A stretch of DNA of 64,000 nt from Dimorphilus gyrociliatus (lineage: Eukaryota > Animalia > Annelida), in assembly GCA_904063045.1 (NCBI GenBank), contig CAJFCJ010000010.1, positions 1 to 64,000 on the forward strand. Direction: 5' to 3'. Below, one piece after another: positions 1 to 13,379 of the stretch. The first letter of the stretch is position 1; each line of letters opens with the position of its first letter. A program made the position numbers and the translations under genes. The notes beneath the pieces are model-generated. The model had not been told where the DNA came from. It was given only the letters and a program-made list of their open reading frames with translations, and made no database searches.

Positions 1-391
1 AGAATGACTTCTCTTATTGTTTCTATTTTGAAGTTGTCTAGTGTAGTTTGTTTCAATGATTGTTTTATATATTTGTTATGTAATTATGAATTAATTACCA
101 CTTTATTTATTGTTATTGTTTAATAAAAACTACTCAATAGGTACTTTTCATTTATTTGTTATTATTCGTATAGATATGATAGTTAAGTATTTATTACCGT
201 GAGATGGCGCTGCCAAAAAATGAAGTATTGGGCAGAGTTGGAGATGATTGGAAACTCTTTCTGGAAATTGAAACCTCGAGAGCGGCTCTTTTTCTAGTTT
301 CTTCTGGAGATTCGACAAAAGTATCATCATCGTTTTCGTCGTCGTCATCATAGATTTCTAGTTGATCTTCGGTGTCCTCATCCATTTTCAT
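1..391 (-). CDS. 5' portion of an unidentified gene with an acidic N-terminus; continues beyond the window edge
   Basis: ATG at 391 (MKMDEDTEDQLEIYDDDDENDDD...SAISR). GT donor (CACG|GTAATA) ends exon 198-391 in phase 2. A candidate acceptor (ACTAG|) at 39-38 continues the frame as QLQNRNNKRSHS to position 1. No family recognised. Confidence 0.5.
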
Positions 392-1332
392 TCCTAGTTT
401 AAATATTAGAGTTAAATATACTTTTAGCCTCCTCGTTCCTTCCTTGCTCTCTTCAAAAAAGTAAACAAAATAACAAAAATCTATGGATACCAAGGAAAAT
501 CGAAGTGAATTTGAAATATTGACGAGTTTCGATTGGTTTTAAGAGCGGTTTGCTTTGATATAAAAATTACTAAATAATTTAATAAAAAACGTTTCGTGTT
601 TTGTTAATCCTAGTTAATCCTTTACTGGTTATGAATACTTCATTAACAAGGCATTTATCAACTTCTTAGCAATGACAATAAAAGAAATTCCTTTTACTCA
701 CTAGATGACACTGTCGGATAAAGGATTTTTAATATTACCCATATTCACCTAACATTTATAAACTGGACAATACTCTAAACTCATACAGATTACCGATTGA
801 AAAAAGAATATATGAATATTGATGATGGATACCAATACTATTGTGTATTGGTTTTGTTGTTTGCTTGTTTGTTTGTTTACGTTCCGAAATTTTTCATTGA
901 CGAATATTTGAATAAAAAACGATTTCTAATCAAAGAAAATATGCACAAAATGATAATAGAAACTTTCTGTAACTGCTAAAAGACACACTGTTTTGTCTGT
1001 TATATATATAGTGTATATATGTAAACAAATAATAAAACAAACCTTAGTGATTTTAATATAAACAATATTGTAGATGGCGCTATAAAAGACAAACTCATAT
1101 ACCTCTTACAGTAGTTAAATAAAGGATAATCATTTACCTTGAAAATTTTGTGGGAAAAAAATAGATATACAGCAAGACAAAAACATTAAAACGTATATTT
1201 TGTATAAACTATATTTCTTACGTTTTCTATTCATTTACTTATATTTCTATATGAATATATAGTAATTATTTTAAAAAGGAGAAATCAAAACAATTGTTTT
1301 TTATTATGAATTTAGGCCTGGACGAACGTTTT

Positions 1333-3518
1333 TCACCAATTAATAACATTTCCGTGTTTAAGCGTTATTTGCTGTTGAGGCGGATGAGATATTTTTGAGG
1401 CTCTTTGCTCTTCACTGCGATCTTCATTCTTACTTGAAACACTCCAATCGAAATGAAAATCGTATTGATAATGTAGTTTTTTAGTATACAATTTTCTGAA
1501 CAGTTCTTTCCTTAGGTAGTCGTAATCAGGAGCATCTTCGAACTTCAAGTTCTTTGTATAAGTCAAGTACTTTTGAAATTCTTCTGGAAAACCTTTACAC
1601 AAAACTTCTGGTATTGTTGATAGCTTTTTTTCAGAAATTCTTTCATATTTCTAAAATAAAAATTGAGAAAAGAACAATGTCACAGGAAGAGGAGCAAGAC
1701 AAAGATATATATTCCACAGTTTATTATCAATTTTTAATTATTATCAGCAAAATTATTTACCAGCTAATGAATATTTATTAGCTTGTTAATTTAATTGTGG
1801 AAAATATATTTCTATTATCTTTAATTACGTACTTGTTTTCTGGTTGCTGCTTTTAGTCCTTGCCAAGGTAGACTTCCTTTTGCCAAATATACCAAAACGT
1901 ATCCTAAACTCTCAAGGTCGTCTCTTCTCGATTGTTCAACTCCTAAATGGGCGTTAACGGAGGCGTAACGAGCTGTTCCCGTTAGACTTTTCCCTTCCCT
2001 ATAGGGAATATGAGTTCTTGTTCTCATGTCCCTGTACTTTTTGGCCAAGCCGTAATCTATAAGGAAGACTGTGTTCACTCTCCTAGCTCCAATGCCCATT
2101 AGAAAATTATCTGGTTTAATATCCCTATGTATAAAACATTTATTATGGATATATTCGACTCTTCCGAGCATTTGGTCAGCCAGTTGAAGGACCGTCTTTA
2201 AGGAGAATTTTCTTTTACAATAGTTGTATAAATCCTCTAAATTCGGACCCAGTAAATCGGTTACCATGACATTATAACCGGCGTCGTGTTGGCCATACCA
2301 CCTAATAATAATAATACAAGAATTGAATTCGATTTGATAGTTAGTATAACGAAAAAAATTTAATAATCCAGTTTGCTGGGTCTGTGAAAAGAAGCTTTAA
2401 GTACACAAAAAATAGGTGACAGGTCTGTTTTCTGTATTTCTTTCCAGTATACAAATATATTACTGTGTGGATTAATCGTATAGGATAATCTCTCTCTCTC
2501 TCTCTCTCTCTGTCTTTTCTTTGTTTATGTTATTTCGAGGAAAGAGACAGATGTTTAACGTTTTGTTCTATAGTTTGAATAGACAAACATTCGTTAAATA
2601 TATTATGTTTAATTGGATTTTTATTGAGGGTTTTTTAACAATAAAATAATTGTAAATATGCATATTCTATCACATAACGTCTATTATGTAAAGAGAAAGA
2701 TCTATAAATTAACTCTATTCAAAATTTGTAAAGAAATCTATAATTATCCATAATGTAAACTTGTAGCATATTATTGCACACAACCTATACGAAAGAATTG
2801 ATAAGGGATTTTATATTTGTTTAGCAAATAGGAATGAGGTGATAAAATCTGGAATTCTTTTTATTAAAAAGTAGAATAAAAAAAAAGGAAATGAGAGAGG
2901 CAACAGATGATGATGATGAAGAAGAAGAAGAACAAAGCACCCAAGGATGAGATATTGAAAAAAACGTAGAATTATGTTAATTAAGAAATCTGAAAAGGAA
3001 GGAGTTTGTTCAAAGATAATTCAATATCTTTCCATCTAGACTAAACATAGGATAGGATAGATCGTTCTGCAGAAATAATAAGCATTATTTACAGTAGCAT
3101 ATACATTCATATACGTATTATGTTTGTCATAAACTGTCATATAGTAACCTAAAGGTTACAAGTTCAAGTTTACTTAAGTACCTGTTAAGAAAATATTTCT
3201 TTATAGATCTCATACAGCACGTATAGATTATTGGCTGTGTGATCTTATTAATTCTAAGTTAATTAATTACCTTAAGACTGGTACTCCAACACCACCTTGA
3301 AGAACCCTATATAACTTGCTTTCGAAGAGTAGCTGGGGATGTCTAGACTCTTTTTTCTCCATTTTAACAGCCACTTTCTCCCCTGTTGTTTCATCTTGGG
3401 CTTCGTAAACATCGCCGAAACTTCCTGAACCAATTTTCTTTGTAAGTCTAAACTTGTGTCCCCCATTTTGGTTTGAACCGACTAGAACCTCCGTTCGTTT
3501 GTCATCGATCTCCGTCAT
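1333..3518 (-). CDS. Casein kinase 1 family Ser/Thr kinase (alpha-like, divergent); exons 3518-3271, 2301-1833, 1650-1333
   Basis: Motifs [87 protein letters not shown] junctions keep the frame (phase 2, then 0). MGIG and LQGGVGVP resemble CK1-alpha. An alternative ATG lies at 3536. Confidence 0.95.
2489..2510. repeat. (TC)11 microsatellite in CK1 intron 1
   Basis: Direct reading of the sequence. Confidence 0.95.
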
Positions 3519-3660
3519 ATTTTTTTTTCCTAACATTTATTATCAACTTATCCTCTTATTATCTATATATATGTATAATGTCTTGTACAACTTTCATTGG
3601 GCTTGGGCTTGTTTTGTTTCTCTTTTCACCTCTTCTCTTGTTTACTGTTACATAGATAAA

Positions 3661-3750
3661 CTCTCTCCTTTTCTCTTTCTCTCCTCTCTTTCTCTCTCTC
3701 TCTCTCTTCTCCTCTCTTGTTCTCTCGTTCACTTTCCTTCTCTCTTCTTC
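3661..3750. repeat. CT-rich low-complexity tract upstream of the CK1 start codon; similar tracts at 4751-4795, (AT)n at ~3921-3942
   Basis: Imperfect (CT)n runs seen directly. Confidence 0.85.
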
Positions 3751-3906
3751 GTATTCGCCCGCTGCTGTGACAACGTCGATATAGGTTTATTGAATTTTTA
3801 GCTAGCCTTTGTTAGTGGCGGCGACGACGGCGCTTTTACGGCAATTTTATAGTACTTGCGGTGGAATTTTTTTAAATTTTATATATCTCCATTTCATCGT
3901 TTCCAT

Positions 3907-3939
<33 letters not shown>

Positions 3940-4771
3940 TATGTTTATTTGCTATTTCTATTTATATAGTTTAAATATATAAATACATTGTATGTTGTTT
4001 ACATATTCGTGTTTATATGTACAAAACAAAAGTTTATATAAGTATTAATATACAGCATTCACTCAATCATGTACACTATACATCGCCAAATCTTTGTATA
4101 AACACACATTTATTAATACAGTTATATCTTGGTAATAATTATATTGCATAGGCTGAAAAATATATATAGATTTTGATAAGCGATAATGTAAATAACAAAG
4201 CTAGTTGTTAAACCCTCTCTATTCTAGTTGAAAACTAACTAAAGTATATTTGAATAAAATTATTACATAAATATCATATTTAATAAGGAAAGATGATGAA
4301 GAGGATATGAATTATCTTAGTTTTTTATATCAAAACACGCATATAAGGTATAAAGTCAATCTTATATCAAATATAATATATATATATATATTAGTATATA
4401 TATATTTTCGTACCTTTTGTTTATTAGATTTATTCGTACCTGGTCTTCTATTATACGCTTCTTAATAAGAAGAACGACTCATAATTTTTTTTTCAAGAAG
4501 GCAAACGTAGATTTTGTATAAATAAACACTTTGTTCGCTCTTTGGAAGGTAATAAACGGTCAATACTAAACTAAAATATATATAGTACGCTACCTTTTTT
4601 ATAGCATTACTCTTTTAATCATACCTTCTCTATTGAAAAATAGAGCAATGTATTGTATTATTATTACAGCGCTATTATTATTCTTTTACGTACACAACTT
4701 CTTTTTTTATGTATAAAGAAATTGTTTCTATGTAATTTTCTTTTTGTACTCTTCTCTCTCTCCTCCCTCTG

Positions 4772-4802
<31 letters not shown>

Positions 4803-5556
4803 TTAAGTATTATCACCATAATCTATATGGATTTACCATGCTACACAACTCTTTTATACTTTAGATAAACTGACATTCTCAACATAAAAAAAAGAGTATA
4901 ATGTTTTATACTCTAAAAAAATAGTATCTCCTAAAGAAGTCAATTGACTGTTAAAGCATTTTATTAATCACTGTTCGCATTAAATCTATTAGAATTCCCG
5001 CAGGTATACTTACATATCAGAAATAACATTAAATAATAAACAAGCCATATATTGTAAAACTAGTTTTCTCTTTGATAGTACACACCCCTTTTTTGTCATT
5101 GCAAAATAGTTTCCTCAACTGATTTTAAGTTCAAGGTTAACCTGTGAATTTTTAATTATTTCTATTTATAAATTGATTACCATTATATGCACTTATTCTT
5201 TTTTATAGCAAAAACAACTAAAAAACTTTTCCTGCTGTAGATGGCGTTTTTGTATATATTTAGACTATTGAATTGATTGTATAAGATGAATAATAAAGCT
5301 TTCGTTCCAGTTCGTTAATACCGTAAAGAATAATTTAAGTTAAGCCAATTGTGGATATGTTAATAATTTCATTTCCAATTAAAATATTATAATTATAGCA
5401 ACTTTATAAATATATGTATAAAGTATATTTTAAATATCGTCTTCATACATTGCATTTACATTATCAAAAAGAACAATAGTCTTATTCGTAAACTGAAGTA
5501 ACAAGATATGTCTATATAACAATCAAAAGTCAAAGGAGGCGTTCGGGTCGCAAAAA

Positions 5557-8500
5557 TCAGCAAACTTCTGACATAAGTATTTCTTCGTCTTCATCGTCGT
5601 CGTCCTCATTATCCGAATCATCCATTTTTTCCTCCCTTTCAGCTACCTTATCCGTGTTACTATTTTCCTTTTTACAATTTAGTATGTAGTCAAAAAGATG
5701 TCGATTGTGATTAACAATAGGTGATAATTTATTCCAAAGTGACTTTAGAGCTCGATTTAAATCTCTGTCAATAGATAGAGTTTCTCCTCCCGTTTTCGAC
5801 CCGATTACAGACTTAAGAGTTTGGCCGTGCTTAAACAAAAGCTTTTTACACCACAAAACATAGAAATGAACGTGTTTTGTCTTTTCAATTTCGGCTGTTA
5901 TCCACCGAATTAAATCTTCAACTCGATCAATCGTTAACTGCTGAATAATTACATCAATATTAGGTACAGGTACATTTTCAATGGTTTCCCGAATAATTGA
6001 AGATTCTCGAAGTTTTAAAGCGTATGTTAAAGCTGCAAAGTAATCTTTCGATTTAAGACTTTCGAAAACCTATAGAAGACAAATGAAAAATATTGATAAA
6101 TTTGTATCTACAGATATTCTAAATATTGGTATAAACCTTGTTTGGCGTAATTTCTATTTCTAAATCAATAGGGTTAAAATTTTTATCTTGATCGAGAGAG
6201 AATACCATAATTCCATCGGTTGATGCTGCAACGAACTGTCGTCCAGTATTCGACCAAGAAACCTGAGATATTCTGACATCGGGTGAAGCTCTTCGCCCAC
6301 TAAAATCTCCCTTTCTTACACCAGGTAATTTGAGAGATACATCATTACCTTCATCGTTCTTTTCTACAAGAGCCAAACTACCCCATTCTGTCATCTTGCG
6401 ACGATCTAAGAATTCATTTAAAGTGTCCAGACTTCGGTTTTTAGTTACGATAAATGTTTTTACAAGAACTTCTTGTTCAACATGAAATAGGCAAATATTC
6501 GGACTATTCCCTGCCGCTAATAACAAACTACCATCTGCAGAATACACTAGGGAAGTAAAGATTTTTGAATCGGCTCCTTTCTTGCCACTAATTTTATCAG
6601 TCTTTGATCTGGCATAACCAAGATAAGGCTTTCCATCGATGTTACCTTTAAACAGAAATATTAATTCAATTATTTTATTATATAGCAGCTTAAGCTTTAA
6701 TTATACCTTCTTGTTCGGCTTCCGCTGCAGCCCAAAAAGTTATTTTGGCATTTAAATCTGCAACAGCCAATTGTGAGCCGTCTAATTTCCAAGCAATTGC
6801 TGTTACTTCATTGCCTATATCGATTGTCTCTCGAAAATCCTCAGTAACTCCCCAAAGCTTAGTCTTTTTATCCCAACTTCCCGTTGCAAGCGTTACGCCA
6901 CCTGGTTTAAATTCTATAGAGCAGACAGGAGCCTCATGACCGGATAAAGTATCTAGAAGCCGACCAGTTTGAACTGACCACAAAAATACATCAAAATTAT
7001 CATTACATCCAGCACACACTAATTCGGCTGACGAATCAATATCGACGCAAGAAAATTGTACGGGTTCAGGTGTTGTAAAAGTTCTAAAGTTGCGGAAGCG
7101 GTGTAAATCAAAGGCTCTCACAGAACCATCCAATGATGAACTAACAATGACATTCTTTGCTGTTGAAACTCCAGTAACAACAGACGAATGTTCGTCGAAT
7201 GTTGCATAACAATGTCCAGACCCCACAGTCCATACTTTCACTTTACCATCATCTCCACCAGTTGTGATGTATACACCATCTGGCGTCCAAGCTACACTTG
7301 TGGTACCTTTTGTACAAAAAAAAGAAATGCATAACCTCTTCAAGACATCGTTCTGATTGAGCACTTACCAGCTAGAAAATGTCCAGCTTGTTTTAAAATA
7401 TAACTTTCGCTCCTCCATTCCCAAACTATTAACTGTCCTTTCTCTCCAGCTCCAAGTGCTATCCAATCCCCAGTATTATTAAAAGCTAAGCTTGTAATTG
7501 GACCAGCCTCTTTAATATTCAAGGAATGCATCAATTTAAAGTCGGGCATTTCATGTACAGTAAAAGTTCCCGAATCAAAGCCAGTTACCAAAATATGAGT
7601 ATCTTTATGATAGACAGCGCAAGTTACTCTAACCCTTCCAGATTCTAACGAATCTTTATAGTTATATTTTCCGACTCTCCTGTTTAAAAGGAGGGTATAT
7701 TTAATAGATTTAATAGATGATTAAACAATATTATAAATTAACCTATATTTTAGTTTTTCAGGTTGATCTTCCTCATCATTATCATTTTCGTTCTTTTCCT
7801 CCAAGTCTGACAATGCAGTATCGCATTGCCAAACACAAATAACACCATTTTTACCAATGTTAAAACAATCGAGGGACGATGGTTCAAAATACGAAGCAAC
7901 AATGCAATCATTCTGAGAGGCAAGTGAATGTATGACAAGCTGTTTTAAACGAGCATCGCAAGCGGCATACAATCGTGTATTCATATCCTTAGAAGAAGCC
8001 AATAAAACTCTTGAATCTGTAGACCAGTCTAGATGAACAACATGATCTTGAGCTCCATATAATATACGTTGCTGAGAAAATGCATTCAAGGTTCTTGTTT
8101 TAGCTGGAGAATCAAAAACTAAAACGTTGCTATCGTTAGCAACAGCTAACTTTCTCGAGTCTGGACTAAATTTTGCACAATAAACTTGACCATTAAATCG
8201 GTGTGTATGAAGTAACGTATGAGAAACGGCATGTAAAATAACACATGATCCCTCTTCATCAATAATAAGTAGCATAGAATTATCAGGAGAAAGACATAAA
8301 ACAGATATATTTAATTCTAATTTAGTATCAATCGATCTGGATATATGTTTTTGTAAATTCATCCTATTTAGTCGATTTCCAACAGGAGCAAGTAAGGTGA
8401 CTCCATCAGTAGCAAACAGTAGATCACCTTTTCGGTAGACAGCACCGAGGACATTTTGTAGCTATTTAAAATGAACATATTTTACTATTAATTTTTGAAA

Positions 8501-8800
8501 GTTTCTGAAGTCTGTTAATGCTTGTTAATAAGAGCAAAGATGTATATTTTACTAAGACTACTTATTGATGCTAATGATTTATAAAATAAAGTGTTCATTA
8601 AATGATTTGCTCAGATTGAGATCCTATTGTAGCAAGCATTTTATAAACCGATATTTTTTCACTACTTAGGAAATAATAATTGATAATTCTATACTTGAAA
8701 AGCTCTTTTAATTTGCACATGATAAAACAATAATCTTATTAAAGCTTTCTTGACCAAATAGAAGAATAAATTGAATAGTAACCTCAAAATTTAACTTCAT
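5557..8800 (-). CDS. PWP2: Periodic tryptophan protein 2 (PWP2/Utp1), WD40 SSU processome subunit; exons 8800-8783, 8461-7743, 7679-7369, 7306-6707, 6645-6137, 6069-5557
   Basis: Spliced N-terminus MKLNFE|LQNVLGAVYRKGDLLFATDGVTLLAPVGNR matches the PWP2 start (MKFAYRFSNLLGTVYRRGN). Also GQLIVWEWRSESYILKQAGH, FRNFRTFTTPEPVQFSC, LSGHEAPV and YSADG, then a Utp12-like helical domain and an acidic tail. All junctions are GT-AG and in phase. Confidence 0.95.
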
Positions 8801-9133
8801 TTTTATATCGATATAACTTAATATTCAGACAGCGCACATTTTTTTGAGCGATATTACAGATATAGTTTAAAATTATTTTCGTCAATATTTAAAAAAACAA
8901 TTCATAAACTCTATTAAAATAAAATTTATTAAATTAATTTTTAACCCATATTATTAACCGATTTCCAATATATCTGTAAATTATATAGTGATTGGTTAGA
9001 AAACATAATGTAAGCCAATCATAGTATGCTTCTTATTGGTCAGTCACATGATTTGCATTTTTCCGCCATCTTGGTCATAAGACTAAACGAGTAATCTTAA
9101 CTTTTAATTCAAAAATCATTCCTCTCTATTAGA
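8801..9133. promoter_or_regulatory. Bidirectional promoter between PWP2 and V-ATPase subunit c
   Basis: 333 bp between divergent ATGs. CCAAT boxes at 8965, 8991(rc), 9015 and 9035(rc); GTCACATGA E-box/M-box at 9043-9051; YY1-type CCGCCATCTT at 9063-9072. Confidence 0.7.
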
Positions 9134-9681
9134 ATGGACGGTTTCAGTGAAGGAAGTCCAGTATATGCTCCATTTTTTGGAGTAATGGGAGCTACTGCAG
9201 CTATGGTATTCAGTGGTAAATAATTAATTTAAAGTGAAACGTAAAAATATCCATCTGTTTTCTAATAAATATCTGGTTTTTAGCTTTGGGTGCCGCCTAC
9301 GGAACAGCGAAAGCTGGAACTGGAATAGCAGCAATGGCAGTTATGAGACCTGAACTTATAATTAAATCGGTCATTCCAGTTGTCATGGCTGGTATTATCG
9401 CCATATACGGTTTAGTTGTTGCTGTTCTTATAGCCAAGGATTTAGCAGATGACGGAAAGTACAGGCTTTTTAAAGGGTTTGTACACTTAGGGGCAGGTTT
9501 AAGTGTTGGTCTTAGTGGATTGGCAGCAGGATTCGCTATAGGTATCGTTGGTGATGCTGGAGTTCGAGGTATGGCTCAACAACCACGTCTATTTGTTGGT
9601 ATGATCCTTATTATGATCTTCGCTGAAGTTCTTGGTCTTTACGGATTGATCGTATCGCTGATCCTTAGCACAAAACAATAA
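9134..9681 (+). CDS. ATP6V0C: V-type proton ATPase 16 kDa proteolipid subunit c; exons 9134-9215, 9284-9681
   Basis: [27 protein letters not shown]|[18 protein letters not shown]...[29 protein letters not shown]...[16 protein letters not shown], including the proton-carrying Glu. Phase-1 GT-AG intron. Confidence 0.98.
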
Positions 9682-11466
9682 ATGTTATATCATCCTCCTA
9701 ATATTACGTCGGGGAATTGTGCACATACTTTAGAACAATTATAGTAAGTGTTGTATTGGGATATTTAAGATATAATGTATAAAGAAGCATTTACAGTTTT
9801 GCTGGACGTAGGATACACCATGTCAAATCGTTGTTGTGCTATTTTGCGTTTAACAGACTTTTCTGCCAAGTATGTGCATGTGTTTCTTGGGGATTTTTAT
9901 GCAGTAGCTCCTACAATCAAGAACTGACATAAAGATGCTGCAGTTAAATATATAAAGAAATATAACATTAGTGTTGTCTTACTGCATAATAATGCCCAAC
10001 GAAATATCTCCAATCATTACTTAGTTCAAATATATTAAATATTTCAATTTATTTCAATGTATAGAGTGAATAATAAATATATCTAAAATACCTGTGAGTC
10101 AATATCACGTGGATAAGAGTTTATAAAAAAAGATGTCAGTCGTCAGTTCACCCATTGGCTTTTCATGAGGACTAGACAAGAACATGTTAGGGAAAGGATT
10201 GATTATATAATCGTTGAACTCTAAAAAGACAGCAAATGCTAATGCCATCTGTTAATCCATTCAAATTCAAAGATAGATAGATAGCTCACGTGACGATTAT
10301 TCCGGACAACCCATTCTATTGATGACATGACTCTTTTGAAACAGGGTAATCGATAATGTTTATACCGATTACCATAATTTTTTTTACTAATGTGGATAAA
10401 GAGACAATATTCATTTTTCTACCATAAAGTTAACTCTGGACTTTTCAATATGGCCGGCAGTTTTACACCGTATGATACGAGGCTAAATACTAGAACGATA
10501 TTCTTGATTATATCTTAACAATTGATCTTATAACCGACCCAAAATTTTTGAAGAAGTAATTTCAAAGCGTTGTTTTTGTAATTCAGATATTTATAAATAT
10601 TTCATATATGTAGCTCTGCTAATTAATCATGTGATAAAATATCCTTCGACCTACATCCCCTATTAAGTTTAATTATGTAAATGAATATTCAGTAAACTAA
10701 TGAGATGGCTATAGCTTTTTATTATTTTAACGATAAAACAATCATTTCATTCATTTAGCTTTTAAAATAGCAACATTATTCATTTTAGAGACTCTCTTTC
10801 ATTGTAGTTATTAAATATTAATATATTTGACCTATTAATAATTCGATTAAAATTCTGGCTAAGATAAGAAAGTATTAGCATAAACTCGAAATTTGATAAA
10901 ATAGTGATCCTATAAGATTTTTTTTATCAAAATAATAGATTAAGTAAATTAAGAGAACATTTCAATTTATTATAGAATATAGTTATGTAGGAAATAATAA
11001 TTGAGACATACTTGTTTGTTCATAGCTAACTTAATTGAAACATTACAAATTAAAAAACAAATATAAAGAAGCGAACGAATATAAAAGGAGTATAAGGCGT
11101 GCAATAAATGTTGATAAAAATTGAAAAATCTTCACTTATTTCTTAACAAAAGCTATTGTACATCGACAAATGCATTGAGTATATATCTATATATACATTT
11201 AATATATGCTTGATGCATATCCGCGTATTCAGTAGATGGAATATTAATTTCAGTTAGAAATATTCTTTATGAATTTTCTTCTAACATCTATCTACGTACT
11301 TTTAACCTATGCAGATGGTTTTAAAAAAGCAAAAATACAATAAAAAAAAATAAATCAACAGAAAGCGTTTCCTTTCATTTTTTTTGCTGTATCGATAAGT
11401 AATTTAAAAATCCAATTAAATTAAAACTGAGAGAAATACTATAGTAAAATAATAATATTAGATTAA

Positions 11467-12640
11467 TCAAGGTTCTTCGCTGTGAGGTGATTGGTTGTTA
11501 TTATCTCGATTTCCCATTATTGCTCCACAAACGCCAATAATACACATAGAGCAGCACATGCAAAGTGCAAATATGTAAACTGCCGTTGTTATCCAAAAGG
11601 AAAAGTAATATAAAGTGGGATTACAGTAGTCGGCACTCTCCTTATTTTTGTCATCAAAATCATCGTATATTTTATATATCCAAACGTTTCCGGCGACGAA
11701 CCATCCAAAGAGGAAACACCCAATAAGACTATCAAAAGGATTGGTTTTACTATTGGCTTCTTCAGCATTCTCTTCGTTCCGATTTTTACATCGTTGAAAG
11801 AGAGAAGATATATTTTTTAAAACACCAAATGCACCAGCCACAATTAAATATATGGGTATGTATTTCTCTCTTGGGCAATCACCCTTATATATCGATCCAA
11901 TAACAATCATCGATATAGGTATAGCCAATAGAACTAGAAGCATCAGTGTAAATGCCACAGTAGATACTATAATTTGAAAAAATTTCTTAGCATATTGAAG
12001 AGTAGATGTAGACTGATTCCTGGCCTCCTTCATTCTGCCAAATATTGTATCATATGAGGGTGGAGGATCGTTATAAGTTGCATCGTAGGCTGGTGGCGTG
12101 GAGCCATAACTTGGAGGTGGATCTGGTTCCTGAAATATAAAATACGTATATTCTTTGATCTCACCTGTATGCGTGCGTTATATACGTGATACAACTACGA
12201 AACAATCATACTATTATTATAATCTTAGTGTCATAATAAATTTTCATTGTGGACAACAAACCATGTTCGCCGAGAAATTGTGACGTAAATATCAAGTTTA
12301 TTTATTAATTAATTTATTAAACCTTTTGACTAATTCTCAGCCCTTTAATATTGATTTATGTTTTTAATATATATTGTCATGCTCTATATGGCACAACAAA
12401 AATTCGAATTACTCATGGGAAATACACTGCTATCAAAACTAGAATGATTATATTAACTCTTAATTAACTTGTTTTATAGGCAGGAGTGGTCAATTACTGA
12501 CATGAACCAGAATACTTTAATCATTTTCGTATTAATATACAAAACATAAATACGAATTAGGAATCTATTGAATAAATTGTAAAATATACCATCGATTGTG
12601 CTGAAGCTGCTCCTGCTTCCACCTCTTTGGTTACTTCCAT
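11467..12640 (-). CDS. TMEM272: TMEM272-like four-TM protein with a PPxY-rich N-terminus; exons 12640-12590, 12129-11467
   Basis: Four hydrophobic segments with IGSIYKGDCPREKYIPIYLIVAG, WFVAGNVWIY and YCNPTLYYFSFW, typical of the TMEM272 family. The phase-0 intron joins MEVTKEVEAGAASAQSM to EPDPPPSY. Confidence 0.8.
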
Positions 12641-13379
12641 TTTTTTTCTTATGAAATTATAGAAATTTACAATAATAAATAAATGGTTTGATCCGAAACT
12701 CTAGTTCTAAGGGCTGACCAACAGTATAGATACTTATCGACTAATTGATAGAACCGGTGAAGTAAAAGTATGGTTCAGTGGTCTGACTGGTGTCTACGAA
12801 TAACATGCGCAAATCAGAGCTCAACCTGATGACCGGTAACAGTAGTAAAATTTCAATTTTTTTATACGCTTATTTACTGCACTATTGTGGAAACCTGTTA
12901 CAGTCACATAATTAAATAAAATAATTTACTATTTATTGCAAATTTTATGTTCTTTATTAAATAAAAAATGAGACGGTGAACGACAATTGTACAAGTTTTT
13001 TTTCTTTAAGCAGGATTCTTTTTGTACAATTATATAACTTTTGAAAATTTAACAAAAAAAACTTACATATCATTTATAATAAATGTAATAATACGACCAG
13101 AGAGTTAAAAGACTGACCAATTCGAAAAAATTAATATCTTACTGTAATTAGCAGAGAAAAGTGTAAATTTTTTAATGCAGATTTACGTGATTAAGCACTA
13201 CTCGACGAGTATTCAAGCGAGAAAAAAAAGAAGAAAAAGTATTATTAGAACAAATAACAAAATACGAGAAAATAGCAAATTTTGTTTTGGTGAGCAGTTA
13301 AATTAAATTTTAATTCTTTTAGAAGACTAGAAGGTAAAGGTTAAGGATTAAAATAATTTTCAAAATGACTACACTCTTT

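Noticed and set aside
3454-4868. Plus-strand ORFs 3454-3801, 3473-3655 and 4653-4868
   Set aside because: They are Leu/Ser/Phe-rich translations of CT microsatellites, partly antisense to CK1, with no family motifs.
12768-12840. TGGTTCAGTGG resembling a tRNA-Gly D-arm
   Set aside because: No downstream GTTCRA B-box or cloverleaf; this is upstream regulatory DNA of the TMEM272-like gene.
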